DNA of 64,000 nucleotides from Podarcis vaucheri. Lineage: Eukaryota. Shown one piece after another: positions 1 through 13,500 of the stretch. Position 1 is the first letter of the stretch; every line of letters starts with the position of its first letter. The notes under the pieces were generated by a model. It did no database searches, was not told where the DNA came from, and saw only the letters and a list, made by a program, of their open reading frames with translations. Both the position numbers and the translations under genes were made by a program. The stretch lies in the NCBI GenBank assembly GCA_965113315.1, contig OZ220363.1. One strand, given 5' to 3'.

Positions 1-574
1 TCTTGGTGCTTGTGAATGAAATCTCATTTTAAAAGATTGTGGATTTGGGGGGGGGGGGATACTTGTTTCAAAATGATCACACAAGCTCTAACCTCTGAAA
101 ACAAACACCCTAGTAACCATTGATAGCCAAAATTCATAATTATGGTAGATTAAAAGCAAGTGGGTGAGCGCTAAGTCATATTCAGAGTACAGCAACTAAA
201 ATTAATGTACTTAAATACACAGAATTCAATGGTCCTGTTCTGAGTATGACTAATATTGCTTATCATCCAGTGACTTTAGCTTATGCATTTCCTGGATGGG
301 TGTGATGTAAAAGTTCTATTTCGCTTGTGACACAGGAACAGAAAGAGCAAGGCTCTTGCAATTACTTTTGTCAAAGGTACCCAGTAAGGGTGGAAGTGAA
401 CACAGTGCTGAAGTTCTAAGAGGGTGGTTTTCCCTTGACAGTGTGGCTGGAGTAAGGGAGAACTCAGTGGATGTTGCTTGTGTTTTCAGAATCTAACCTT
501 TCTATAGGAAACTTCTTTTGGGGCCCATATTTCTAGTTAGCAAGTAAATTGCTCAGAAAATGCACATGAGATTC

Positions 575-640
575 TTGCATTGCAGGGGCTTGGACTAGAT
601 GACCCTTGGGGTCCCTGCCAGCTCTACAATTCTGGGATTT
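575..640 (+). mobile_element. CR1-type 3' end fragment (CR1 LINE or CR1-tailed SINE)
   Basis: TTGCATTGCAGGGGCTTGGACTAGATGACCCTTGGGGTCCC...CTCTACAATTCT. Confidence 0.55.
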
Positions 641-834
641 GCACACACCCACTATTCATGAAAGCACCAAAGCTGGTGTCCATAGGTCTATACATACAGA
701 AAATTTTCTGTTCCTAGTTTCTCTCCGTTAAAGCTCAGTTCATTAGAAGTTATTGTCTGGGAAGCTTAATTCATGTAGCAATTTGTGGTATGTGTACATG
801 TGAGAGCTACTTGCCTAGATAGCCAATCAAGGTA

Positions 835-1350
835 CAGTGGTACCTCGGGTTACATACGCTTCAGGTTATATACGCTTCAGGTTACAGACTCTGCTAACCC
901 AGAAATAGTATCTCGGTTTAAGAACTTTGCTTCAGGATGAGAACAGAAATCGTGCTCCAGCGGCACGGCAGCAGCAGGAGGCCCCATTAGCTAAAGTGGT
1001 GCTTTAGGTTAAGAACAGTTTCAGGTTAAGAACAGACCTCCAGAACAAATTACCGTAGATTCCGGCATATTAGGCGACTGGGCGTATAAGATGACCCTGT
1101 CTTATATATTGGCCCGGCACTGGGAGGAAGCCACCCAGCGAAGCCGGCTTAGCATCGCTGGGCGGCTTCCTCCTGGCACGGAGCCCGCCGCCCATTGCTG
1201 CTGCAGCGGCAGCTTCCGAAGCAGCAGTGGGTGTTGGGCTCCGCGCTGGGAGGAAGACATACCCGGCGTATAAGATGACCCCCAACTTTTTAACCTCTTC
1301 CAGGGTTAAAAAGTCGTCTTATACGCTGGAATCTATGGTAAGTACCACTG
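835..1350. mobile_element. Tc1/mariner (Tigger-like) MITE, family A, with a nested MITE
   Basis: TA|CAGTGGTAC...GTACCACTG|TA; homologous to 60712-60938 and 62027-62242. Confidence 0.85.
1053..1338. mobile_element. Mariner-type MITE nested in the family A MITE
   Basis: TA|CCGTAGATTCCGGC...GCTGGAATCTATGG|TA. Confidence 0.8.
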
Positions 1351-1678
1351 TATAGCGCTGCCTTGACCATGACACTACTAGGTTCCTGTTTACGTCGTAT
1401 CTCACAGCTACTGTATCTCACGAGTTGTAGCTGGCACCTTTTTGGAATATAGTGATTAGCAGGGTCTCTTTAAAAACATTTTTTCTTAGGACCAAAGCAA
1501 AACATTCAAACATAAATCGCAAATAAAATACGTTTCAGTAACATGAACCTTGAGAAGAAAACAGTTGAGGTAAATATATTTCTCTACCCAAAAGCTATAA
1601 CAGGTTTTGTTGCACTACCTCTATACTCTCTATACCCTGCAATTTACACACATTTAACTTGTGCACATACAGCTTTAT

Positions 1679-1679
<1 letters not shown>

Positions 1680-1725
<46 letters not shown>
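1680..1725. repeat. (AAT)n microsatellite
   Basis: About 15 perfect AAT units. Confidence 0.95.
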
Positions 1726-1726
<1 letters not shown>

Positions 1727-3816
1727 GGCGGAATAGAGGTGAGGCTCTGGGAAGAATTGCTTTGGCAATCCCACTCACCTTTGAACCCAGTTGGTTTTGA
1801 CGGTAATACAATCTTTTGGCTTTAGGTGCAATCCACAGAATGTAACCCTTGTGTAAATTGCGAGCTTAGTATAATCCAAATTGTAACCTCGGTTACTATC
1901 ACCTGTTTTATTTAACACAACCCCCCTTTTTTCTCTGTAACCCTAGTCTTTTTCTTATAACCATCACCAACAGACTTTTCTTAGACTTTTCTCAGAGGAC
2001 AACTGTTTTTCCTCCAGCCACCCACTCCCACTTTTGCAGAATTGTTACTACTGTGAAGAGTGGATTGTAAGCTGTGGAAACCCATCTACCTCTTTGTTAA
2101 TTTTCTTTTGTCCAGAATGTCCAGAAATATTAGGCAATATAAATACAGTAATATGCTCTTGTGCTATTTTCCCTTTCTGCTTCCTGGTTAATGTACAAAG
2201 CTAGAACTTTTGCATCTACCATGCATTGACGTGTGTAGGTGCTAGATATGGAACTTGGTTGAATTCCTGCTTTGCATGGTACACAGCAATTGTGAATCAT
2301 TAATACTTCCTGTTACTACTTGTGTGCAACGTCAAAGACTGATCTTGGAAATTTTGTGCAACAGCCCAGAATTCTGAATTAGTTAGATAGCATTTCAGTG
2401 ATACCTAGGGAATAAAAACTCTTACATGAAGAAATTTATGAGATTTTCCCCCGTCCATCTCTAGTAACTTGATTATTTTAAAATAAGCTGGTACAGACCA
2501 TACTATTTGTTTATTTATCTATTTATTCATTTAATTTATATACCACCTTTATCTTCCAAGGATCTCAAGATATAGCAGTTGCTATTTCTGCTATGTGGTT
2601 TGATTTCTGAAACAGGTTTGATCTGAATAAAAGCATTTTTCTGAAAGAAGGACATCTTCATTCCCTTAATAAATACACAACAAATATTTGTCTACTTTTT
2701 CTGAGGCATTTTGGATTACTGCCATGATTACTAAATATAGTGTTATCAGAAAATTCATGTTTCCTGTTCCTGGAAACAGTTTGATTCTGCACAGAACAAA
2801 CACATTACTAAGATTATATTATTAACAAATTATAATATTAGAATATGTCCCATGAAATAGATGGAACTGAGTGAAATAACTCCTGATGGTAGAAAAAAGG
2901 AAACATGTATAAGTTTTGTTTTTTTGTTTTGTTTTTAAAAATACTTTACCAAAAACACCCTTCTTTGAAAAAGTATAGTATATTTCAATGCAGATTTTTG
3001 CCATCTGCAATCAGAAAAAACTAGCATACTTCAAACTAGTTTTGGCTTGTATGTTTTTCAGACTATCCTGTCCAAAGTAGAGCTCAAAAAATGTGCTGAA
3101 AAAGTAGATCTGAAGAGTTGTCAGTAGTCAGGGTAGTTGTCTGACAGGGTAGTTGTCAGTAGTCCCTGACTCCTGTCAGCACCTTTTTGTTTTTTTGTTT
3201 TATCACTACTGTTGTCTTTTGCCAAAAATCCAAGAGGAAGACACACAAACAGAAAGAATGCAAAAAATAGAAGCCTATTCTCAAAAGTGCAAATTGATAA
3301 GTTTTATTACAAGCCATTGATAAGCATTGTATTTTGTTCATATCACATTATTTGACTTATATATTTTTAATTATGTGTACATTGTTCCTGAAGGAGAAAC
3401 TACACCCTGAAATACATTGAATTGTAATAATTCATTGACACTTTTGAGAACAGGTTTTTCCTTTTTGCATTTTTTCTACCTCTTTCTTTTGTCTTAGCTC
3501 AGTGGGCTGCCTATACCCAATCTTCATACCATTTGTTTCTTTATGTTGTTTTTAAAATAATTTTGATTGTTCGTTCATTTGAAAACTGGGCCATGGAAGC
3601 AGACCAAATTATTTAAGTTAGGAGATATAACTCATATTCTTATGTTAAGACTAAATCTTTTATTCCTTTGATGCGGAATTTTGGTTAACTTTGTGTGGAG
3701 TTGATGACTTTGGGTAAAGAGTTCATATACTTCATTGGTTAGAGAAATTGCAAAAGGGGTATGAAAATGAAGGGTTATGTGTTAGTATTTACATGCAAAT
3801 AGTATCTGGTTTTTAG

Positions 3817-3819
<3 letters not shown>

Positions 3820-3880
<61 letters not shown>

Positions 3881-4229
3881 TTATTATTTATACCCCGCCC
3901 ATCTGGCTGGGCCTCCCCAGCCACTCTGGGCGGCTTCCATAAAAACCAGAAATACAGTAAAATGTCACACGTTAAAAACTTCCCTGAACAGGGCTGCCTT
4001 AAGATGTCTTCTGAATGTCAGGTAGTTGTTTATCGCTTTGACATCTGCTGGAAGGGCGTTCCACAGGGTGGGCGCCACTACCGAGAAGGCCCTCTGCCTG
4101 GTTCCCTGTAGCTTTGCTTCTTGCAATGAGGGAACCGCCAGAAGGCCCTCGGCGCTGGACCTCAGCATCCGGGCAGAATGATGGGGGTGGAGACGCTCCT
4201 TCAGGTATACTGGACCGAGGCCGTTTAGG
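3820..4229 (-). mobile_element. L2-clade LINE 3' fragment with (ATT)n tail
   Basis: ORF 3965-4168 RAFSVVAPTLWNALP...FRRHLKAALF resembles an L2 ORF2 C-terminus; 3'UTR ends GGGCGGGGTATAAATAA plus about 20 trinucleotide units (3820-3880). Confidence 0.85.
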
Positions 4230-4466
4230 AAAGCGCTTCCTCTTGCAGGGCAGAGTAAAACCTGTGGAACTCCCTTCTCCCAAGCTAGAAGAGGGAGACT
4301 GAGTGCTCCGTCTCCCTCTTCTGCCTTCAGGGACAGCCTCCCTAGCCTCCGTGGGGCAGCGGCTTGCCCTGCTATCCCCCGAGCTTGTGGGGCTGGCGGT
4401 GGGGAGAAGCGCTAGTGAACTCTCATGAGTGCAAAACTGTTCTAAAACCATCTCTTATTTTCTTAG

Positions 4467-4599
4467 GTATTCAGTACTTACTCAAATGAAGACTATGATA
4501 GACGTAATGAAGAGGTTGACCCTGTGTCAGCATCAGCTGAGTATGAACTTGAGAAAAGGGTGGAGAAAATGGAGGTTTTTTCTGTGGAAATTGAAAAAG
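4467..4599 (+). CDS. Neurabin-like exon (C-terminal part of PP1-binding region)
   Basis: ttag|GTATTC...AAAAG|gtatgc; [44 protein letters not shown]. Confidence 0.93.
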
Positions 4600-7500
4600 G
4601 TATGCATTTTAAACATTTATCCTGCAAAAATAACTTTTACTTTCAGGCCAAAGTGGTCAAAATGGCCTGGAATTAAGCCTTGGTGAAGTTGATGGGAATT
4701 CTGAGTAGACATAGAAGACTAATGAAAGACCTTGTCAGCTGAGTTTAGGATTGCTTCTTAAATGTTTGATAAGGGCTGGAAGGCTGAAATATAAAGATTT
4801 TTGAAAATTGAATGGAGGATTGTACAGTACAGGAATGTGTGCAAAAACAAAATTCATTGGATTGTCACAGTACATCGTTCTTTTTTTAAGAATGCATAAA
4901 TGCATTTCTTACTTCAGTCATCATAGAATGACTTCCGGTTTATGATTTACCTTATTTTTCGCCCCATAGGGCGCACCTAGTTTTTTTTTTGGGGGGGGGA
5001 ATCAAGGAAAAAATCCCCAAGCTAGAAGAGGGAGACGGAGTGCTCCGTCTTCCTCTTCTGCCTTCAGGGACAGCCTCCCTAGCCTCCGTGGGGCAACGGC
5101 TTGCCCCGCTATCCCCCGAGCTTGTGGGGCTGGCGGTGGGGAGAAGCAAGCTTCTCCCCACCGGCAGCCTTCAAACCAGGTCGGGGAACAGCGGGATGGC
5201 GGCGCTCCGCCTCCCCGCTGTCCCCCGAGCTTTTGGGGCTGCCCGATATCTGCCTGAAGCCCGGGGTGCGTTCCGGAGCGAGCCCCGTGCTTCGGGCTGC
5301 AGCCTGCCGCCCGCAAGCCTTGCGAGCCCGGCGGGAACTCCTGCCGGGCTTGCAAGGCTTGGGGATGGCTTCCTGAAGCCTGGAGAGCGAGAGGGGTCGG
5401 TGCGCACCGACCCCTCTCACTCTCCAGGCTTCAGCGAAAGCCTGCATTCGCCTCATAGGACGCACACAAATTTCCCCTTCATTTTTGGAGGGGAAAAGTG
5501 TGTCCTATAGGGCGAAAAATACGGTAAATACTATATTAAGCCAATAAGGCATTTTGCAGATATGACCAATAATTATTAGCTATGAATCTAATTTTATAAA
5601 TACACGGTCTTTTTCTTTTCTTTTGTAACCCATAGGTGACAGTGGTTTAGGTATCAGTATTATTGGAATGGGTGTTGGTGCAGATCAGGGACTGGAAAAG
5701 CTGGGAATCTTTGTCAAAACAATTACTGAAGGTGGAGCTGCTCAGAAAGACGGTCGGTAAGTTTCCGCTAGGAATGCTTATTCTGTTTTGCAGATATTAG
5801 TAAAACCAAGCCAGAGTAAAAGTATATGAACGAAGTTTTATTACTTTCAGTATCTGAATGTTTCACTGGCTCAGTTCAGGTGAAATGGGAAACCATGTTT
5901 TCCTTCTATAAGGATAGTGTGTATTAGAGAAACAGTTGCACAACACAGTAGGCCATGTAAATTCTACTTTTTCACTCATGCAGTGTTAGTGTGCAAAGGT
6001 GGATGTCTTCTTTAAATATCCTCAAGAGATTACAGCCCCTATATTGTGTTGAATGTCATTCTAGAAGGTTCTCCAACCCCTAGAAGCTTGCTTATTACCA
6101 CTGTAACAGAAGGAAAGTGCAGATAGGATCTTACACAAGCTCTTCATTAAGTCACCATTGAAAATATTCTGTAGGGTATGTTCTGTAGAACATAATCACA
6201 GACAGGCCCTTACTCATATGCTTTTTATTGTTTTCATTCAAATGCCCTTTTATTTTAACAAATATAGTGTGGTGTGTAATACCAAATATGTTTATTCTTT
6301 GCCTTGCAGAATCCAAGTAAATGATCAAATTGTTGAAGTTGATGGTATCAGTCTTGTTGGAGTAACCCAGTTTTTTGCAGCAACTGTACTAAAAAATACA
6401 AAAGGCACAGTCAGGTATGTGTAATTTTATAAATAGCTAAGCGGGGTTTTTTTTAGTAATAGAGTTGAAGGGGAAATATTAAAATTATTTCCTGCTGGTG
6501 ACACTGTCATTTTATATTTGACTTATTGATGGTGGTTGATGGTTTTCTGTAGGTTTCTGATTGGAAGAGAAAAACCAGGAACTCAGAGTGAAGTAGCTCG
6601 ACTTATAAGTGAGACATTGGAGCAGGAGAGATGTTTGTATGAGCATCAGTATGCCCATGATGATACAGAACAGGTATCAATTAAAATATAACATTGCATG
6701 TACGTTGTACACCTTTCCTGTGCCCTGCTCCCAAGTTCTTTCTCCTGGCTCATTCTGAGCCCCCTTTCCTGCTGATCTTGTTGTGTTACCTTTCCTTCTC
6801 CACACCTCATAACTGTCCACATAATCAAGAGGCGGTACAGTCATGTTCAGCCTTACCGGTCAAATATAGTTCATACTCTGAATGGGCGACTTTGCTGACT
6901 GAATCCACTGCCATTTTTGTTCTCTATTCCTCCCCCCTCTTCCTTCACCCTGGTAAACTCCCAGGGTCCCTCAAGCATTTGCTCCATCTTTGTGGGTGGT
7001 GATGTTTTGAATGTGTAGAGATTGTCACTTACCCTGAACACCAGTAATAGAAAGAAATATTACAACTTCCCACTGTACATGTTCAAAATATTTCAGCAAA
7101 CCATTTCTTTTCCTGGAGGATGCTGAGTGGACAACAGATGTTTAATCTATAGCCCTAGCCAGCAAGTAGCTTTCTTAAAGAGCTATTTTGAGAAATGAGA
7201 GAGTGGGCCAGTATATTAACCACCAGCCTATAAAGTACAGTATTTTTCTGTGTACAAGACGATGTTTCCGCCCCCCGAATTTTTAGTCAAAATTGGGGGT
7301 TGTCTTATGCACAGATTTATACAGTAAGTCTTGGGTGAGCTGGTACTCAGGGCCATGGAGAGGCGAGGCGGTGTTGAGGTGAGGAGGGAGCATGGCCGTG
7401 GCGCTGTCAGCTTTGTCTGGCTGAGGTGAGGCGAAGCCAGACACAGACTGGAGAGGCGAGGCTGTGCTGAGGTGCGAGGAATCAAGTGGGGAATCGCCAT

Positions 7501-10500
7501 AAAAAAGCTCAACAACCTTTTGGGCGATTTCCCCAAAAAGCTGAACAACTTTAAAATAATGATTTCTAAATTTTGGGCTCCCAAAAGTAGGGGTTGTATT
7601 ATACATGGGGTTGTGTTATACACAGAAAAATATGGTATCTTGCTTTTTGTTACCAGTTACTGTATTTTTCTCTTCAACTTAGGTGTCTGTAAGTTGGCAG
7701 CTGAGGGGGCAGGTTGCACTCCCCAGTTGACCGGATTTAGTCCCAGGGGACTCTGGTTGCTGACTTCTAATGTAAAAGCTGTAATAAAGTAATCTATGCA
7801 ACTACAAGCTTTTGGATATGTTTGGACCTGAGCAGTGCCCTCCTATAATGATCAAATACAATGGAGTTCAAAACTAGTATGTGTCTTTTTTGGACAGCAA
7901 GTGCAAGAAAAATGTGTAGTGTTATAAGAGAGTGGAAGAAACACTTCTCTACCTTCTTTCTCCATGTCATAATTTTATACACTGCTATCATGTAGCCTCC
8001 TGCTTGGCTTTTCTCTAAACTTAAAAGCTCCAGATGCTGTAACTTATCAAATGGGAGTTTTCCCACTCCCTTGGTCATTTTGATTGTCTTTTCTTGAACC
8101 TTTTCCAACTTTACAATATGCTTTTTGAAACGAGGCAACCAGAACTGAACTGTTTTTGAGTATTTCAAGTTGAATTGTGTATGGATTAACACAAGTTATT
8201 ATTATTATTTTAAATGCAGAAATCTAGAAGTGACATTTCAAAGCCATTTTATCTTTGTTAGAAAAAGTTGTACTTATTTTCAATAATACATAATACCTTT
8301 TCAGGATGATGATTATGATGAAGATGAAGATTCTTTTGAATCCCATTTACATGGAAAATCAGTGGAGGTGTTTTATCTTCCTGAAAATGAGGATATTAAT
8401 TTGCCACTAGACATGGATTCTACACAGTTTCTGTTGAAGTTTAAAGAGGTATGATGCAATGATTTGCTGTCTATTAAATGGATAGTTAATTTTGGTTGGA
8501 CGCCATTACATGTCCCTGTTACATGTTCTATTGTCTACAGACATTAGCATGATTCACACATTTGCCTTAGACTGCACAAATGTGCAGGCTTCTGCCTTAA
8601 ATCTACTTTGCTCTTCCCTGACACTTTTTTTGCTGCTGTGCTGCACTGAGCTAAGGTTTGGCTTAACATGTCATCTGAACTTGGAGTCATGGTTAAGCTC
8701 CCTCCTCCCTAACCATGAGCCTGTAACAAAGAGCAAACCTTAACCAGGCAATTTAGCTTAGTGTGGCATGGTTGCAAAGAGGACTGGGAGCAGCAAAATG
8801 ACTGCAATCAACTCTCCAGGAGCTGACACGTTAATTCAGTTTTACTTAACCAAGGTTTGGTTACAGCATCTACACTGTAATTCTAGATTTAAGGATATTT
8901 TTCTCCCTAAATCTTCTGTTGTTCCTTTATGAAAAGAATAATTTATTAGCAAATCACTTCTCAAATGGTAGATTTCATGGAAAAAGAGCAAGTAAGCAGA
9001 AATTTATCAATATATGTTAGCTACATATTGGCAATATATTTTATCGATTACAGAACTATATCCATTCCACTGCCTGCTTGCTTGCCTTTATTTCACACCT
9101 TTTCCCCAGAAGTGAGGCTCAAGGCAGCTCACTTAAATTAAAGCAACATGGATAAACTGCAGATAGGTGAAAACATAGGGTGATATCAACTGAGCAAGTA
9201 ATAATAAACATAGGTTGAAATCCGAAGAGTTTCTTAGATCCGTGTTGGTGCTTCTGTTTACATCCAGGAGCTTCCCTGTTTGGTTGAAGTTTTTTCCTCA
9301 TCTGCACTGGGAGAGCACTACTGAAGTGTGCTTTCACAGTTATTCTGAGTTCTATGGGTGACGTGTTCAGTGGCCTCAAAACCTTTACGTTGAGCTTCTT
9401 CAGTGGATATTTAGATCTGAGTCTTTATCAGATAGACCTTACTAACTCTGATATAAAAACCAAGGCTTGTTTTTGCATTGGCATGTGTAATATCAAGCCT
9501 TCAGAATACACTTCTCCAGAGATGCTTTTTAAAAAACACAAAACTATTCAAGACCAAAAGTATAATCTTTCAGTCTCCACATGTGTGAGCTGGGGACTTG
9601 GTTGTTCTCATTTGAATTATGCTCCTTTGGTCATGCTGCAACTGTGAGAGTCTCATAAGTTAGTAGTGGATCCCTTCTTTTATTGCTATCTTACAAAGGA
9701 TAGGCAGCCTAAAATGTTTTCCTTCTTAGAATTCTGTCAGTGAACAATGAAACTTGATCACTAATCTTTAAAAATATTTAAATTCAGTTCTTTTTTCCAG
9801 AAAGCTTTGACTTGAGACATTTTTATTTGCTTTCATATTTTGTGTTAGATATTTGGTAAAAAGTATATGTTAGCATTACATTCCTGAACCAGCTATAGTT
9901 GGAAATGAGTGTTTGACTCACAAATAGGAATACATACACCAGCAAACTCATCCAATAAGCGCAGTGTGATCAACATAAATATTACGTTGCAGGTAAACAG
10001 ATCTCAGTTGCTTCATAGATCCTTTTTATGTTTAGAGATACTCTGAACATAGCAGTAGAAACTGCAGTATAGAATTACTGTGTTTAAGGACTTAATGATC
10101 TTACAAAAACAACAACCTTTCATATACCATTGTTTTCTCCTCTGACAAGTTGTTTTTTTTTTATTATCCTTTTGTAGCTACAGTTGAAGCATGCAGTTAC
10201 GACAGCTGAAGTTAACCAGCTTAAGGAAAAGGTACAATTTTAATATATAATAATATATGAAAATTGTTTTGGTTTGTATGTGGATATGCTGAGGACAGCT
10301 ATGGTGAAACCAAACTTTAATCAAAAGCAAGTAAGCATTTATGATGATTGATGAAGGATATTGGTGCTTGTATATTTTTTCCTCTTTCTCTTGGTATTTT
10401 TGTTTTAAATATAAATATGATGTGTTTATTAAATTATTCCATGTAATAATGCTTTGGAAACAAAAGCAAGCTCAGAACTATCCAGGTAGAAATGGCAACT

Positions 10501-13500
10501 GTATTGGAGGAAGATTGCATTCGATCTTGCTCTGTGCACCCTAGTTTTTATTTCCAACACACCTTTGTCTACTGCCTATTCTCATTTTGTAAAGGGAACA
10601 ACCTCCTTTCCCTTCATCATCTATAGTGCCAGGCTTGAGAATTACATGGTGCAGTCTGATTTCTTAGCTCCTGCTACAGAAGGGAAAGTTCTACCAGATG
10701 AACTGTAAAAATGTTGGTATGTTGTCTATATTCTGAAAGTTTTATTAAGATGGAGAATTGCAACATTTGTTGATAAGGAAAGCGTGCACACACACACACA
10801 CACACAAATTGAATGTTAGCATGAAAAACTGTACCAGGTGTGGGATTTTTCAATCACTGCAGAACTGTGTTGGGAAAATATCTGACAGGCAAAGTAAATT
10901 CATTCTATGTAAATTTCAACAGCATAGATCTGTCAATATTATTCCTACATTATCATTTTAGTAGCAGAGTGGCAATGACTTGTTGCACAGAGTGAGCTAT
11001 GGCTATGAATGAATGAATTTTATTATTACGGTCACAGACCAGTTCCGGCTGTGGTTACTCTCTTTCCTTCTATCTAAAGTACAGTATGAAAAGTAAATCT
11101 CATGCTGCACTGGGGCAGCTGCTTACATGGCAGGGAGAAAACAGGAACCTCTGCAAAAGCATCTTCTATGAAACTCGTAAATGTTACTCAAGCCTTGGAT
11201 CTGACAACGCCACTGCCAATTTTCATTTATTTAAAGCCTTTTAATTCCACTCTTCAACCAAAAAAAGCCCCCAAATTCCGATGCAGATACGGATTGAATG
11301 TAAATGTATACTGCAGCTTCAATGACTTGTATGAAACTTTCAAAATGTTGCTAGCAATAAACTGTCTGATGATGTAGGCCTTTAGAAATGAGTTTGTTTA
11401 TGAAGGTGGGATAGCATATTTGTCTTCCATACTGACAGGAGCAGCCTGAATCTTAGAAGTTTGGTTCCTCATTTATTTGGGATGTGGCCAGAAATAAAAA
11501 ATAAAATGAGAATATGTTGTAAAATGAATAATCCTGAACAGATTTTGTCCAGAAGGACTTCTATGAATCTACAGCAATATTAGCTGTATCAGTGATATGC
11601 AAGTCAGTAGCTTTTTGTTGCTGTTGTTGTTTTATTTTCATTGCTGCACATAGCTGTCAACTTTTCCCTTTTCTTGCGAGGAATCCTATTCGGAATAAGG
11701 GAATTTCCCTTAAAAAAAGGGAAACGTTGACAGCTATGTTGCTGCATTAGAACTGACTTATTCTTTTTTAAGACTCATAAATGATTGTGAAGAGTTACAT
11801 AGCTAATACCTAATACTGATGAATTGTTTTTTAAAGTTAAAAGCATCAGAAGCTGAAAAGATTGAATGGGAGTTAACTAAATCCCAGCTCCAGGAAACTT
11901 TAAGTGAGAATAAAGAAAAAATAAAGAAGTTGGAGACCTATTGGTTAGAAGCGCAAAGTTTATGCAAAACAGTAAATGAACATCTTAAAGAAACTCAGGA
12001 ACAATATGATGCCCTGGAGAAAAAATACAACAAGGCCAAGAAATTACTCAAAGAATATCAGCAAAAGTGAGTTCATTGTCATTTTCTTTCAGTTAATCTC
12101 ATACAGGACATTCCTTGTCGTTTCTTGCATGTACTATAAGTTATGCATATATGTCAGTGGTTGATTTTGGATGATGCAGAAAAATCTAAGAGAGTTTGAT
12201 TTCAGTAGTGCAAACACTCTGAAACATAGAAAGCATAAATAGAGGGAAGTTATCTAAGTTGATGCCACAATGGGAAAATGCATCCTTTACAACATTTATC
12301 TCATAATCTGACAGATACTCCATGTAGTTTCTACAGAATATTTAAAAACAAAATCACAATACTTTGATAGTGTATCATTTGCTATTATCTTGGAGGGGCT
12401 TTGAGAGACTTTTTGAGGCACCTCAGTTCTCTAATAAACACAGCAGAGAGGTAAATTGGATAGGATTCAGAGCGTGTAACTCTAAAGGTAAATTTTAAGT
12501 AAAAACAAATAAAGAACTTTTAAAGGAACCAGGAGGTCACATGGAACATCTGCTAAGCAACAGAATTAACATTTAAAATAGGGTGGCAGGTGGGAGTAGA
12601 ATAGAAAACCACAACACATTTTCTCCTTAGACTGGTTAGTCAAATCCTGCAACAGGGTCTCCTGTATGTGCATTCAGAGGCATGCAAGAAAATTAAACCC
12701 ATCAGGCTGCTTACAATGTGGAATGGGTTTTGGTCTTAAGGAAAAATGGAACTGGTCAGGTTAATAAAAAACAATGAGATTACTTGGAAATGTATTTTGC
12801 TGGTAAGAACAGGCCGTCTTGGTAAGCGGGAGAGGACAGTGGCAATAGAAAGAGATGGTGTGGGGCAGGAAGGGAGTGAGTGGGAGAACAAAGAACAAGT
12901 AGAAAGAAAGAGGACAAGAAGCTGTGGAATTTCATGGAGCTGTTGGTGTTCACTAGTTGTATATAACAACCAGAATAATACTGTGTAAGAGATGAGATTG
13001 TAAAAGTAGAAGACTTAACAATATACTGGTAGTTATTTTTAGTTTTTCAATACACGTTGATAACTAGCTCAACATGCTCCTTCTAAATTGCATAATGTGA
13101 CTGTTTCTTTCCCCTTCCAGAGAAGTAGAACTCATGAAAAAGGAAGAGGATCATACAAAAATTATTGGAGAGAGAGACCAGGAGCATGTAAATCAGCTGA
13201 AGATATTGCAGGAGAAGGTTAGGCAAGATGACTTAGTAATTACTGGCTTTAAATATGTTAAAAACTGCTTTATTGATTTTTAAATTGCATTGTAACATTT
13301 TCAGATTTCAGAGCTCGAAGATAAATTAAAAATATATGAGAGACTCCCATTTATGTTTGGAAATAGCAGTTTATTAGATACTGCAACTCCAAGTCCTGAA
13401 CAACTTACAGAAAACCTTGAAGTAAAAGATGATGTTCAAGAATTTGAGTCTTCAATAGAGAAATTGGATTTTTCTGGTAAGTAAAAGTAGAAATTCAGCA

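Noticed and set aside
1543-1800. Poly-Asn ORF
   Set aside because: Translation of an intronic (AAT)n microsatellite.
4952-5510. Cluster of overlapping 70-170 aa ORFs (also 14040-14945, 24432-25051, 26071-26759, 46564-47058)
   Set aside because: All lie in GC-rich MITE, hAT or SINE interiors where stop codons are rare; no recognisable domains.
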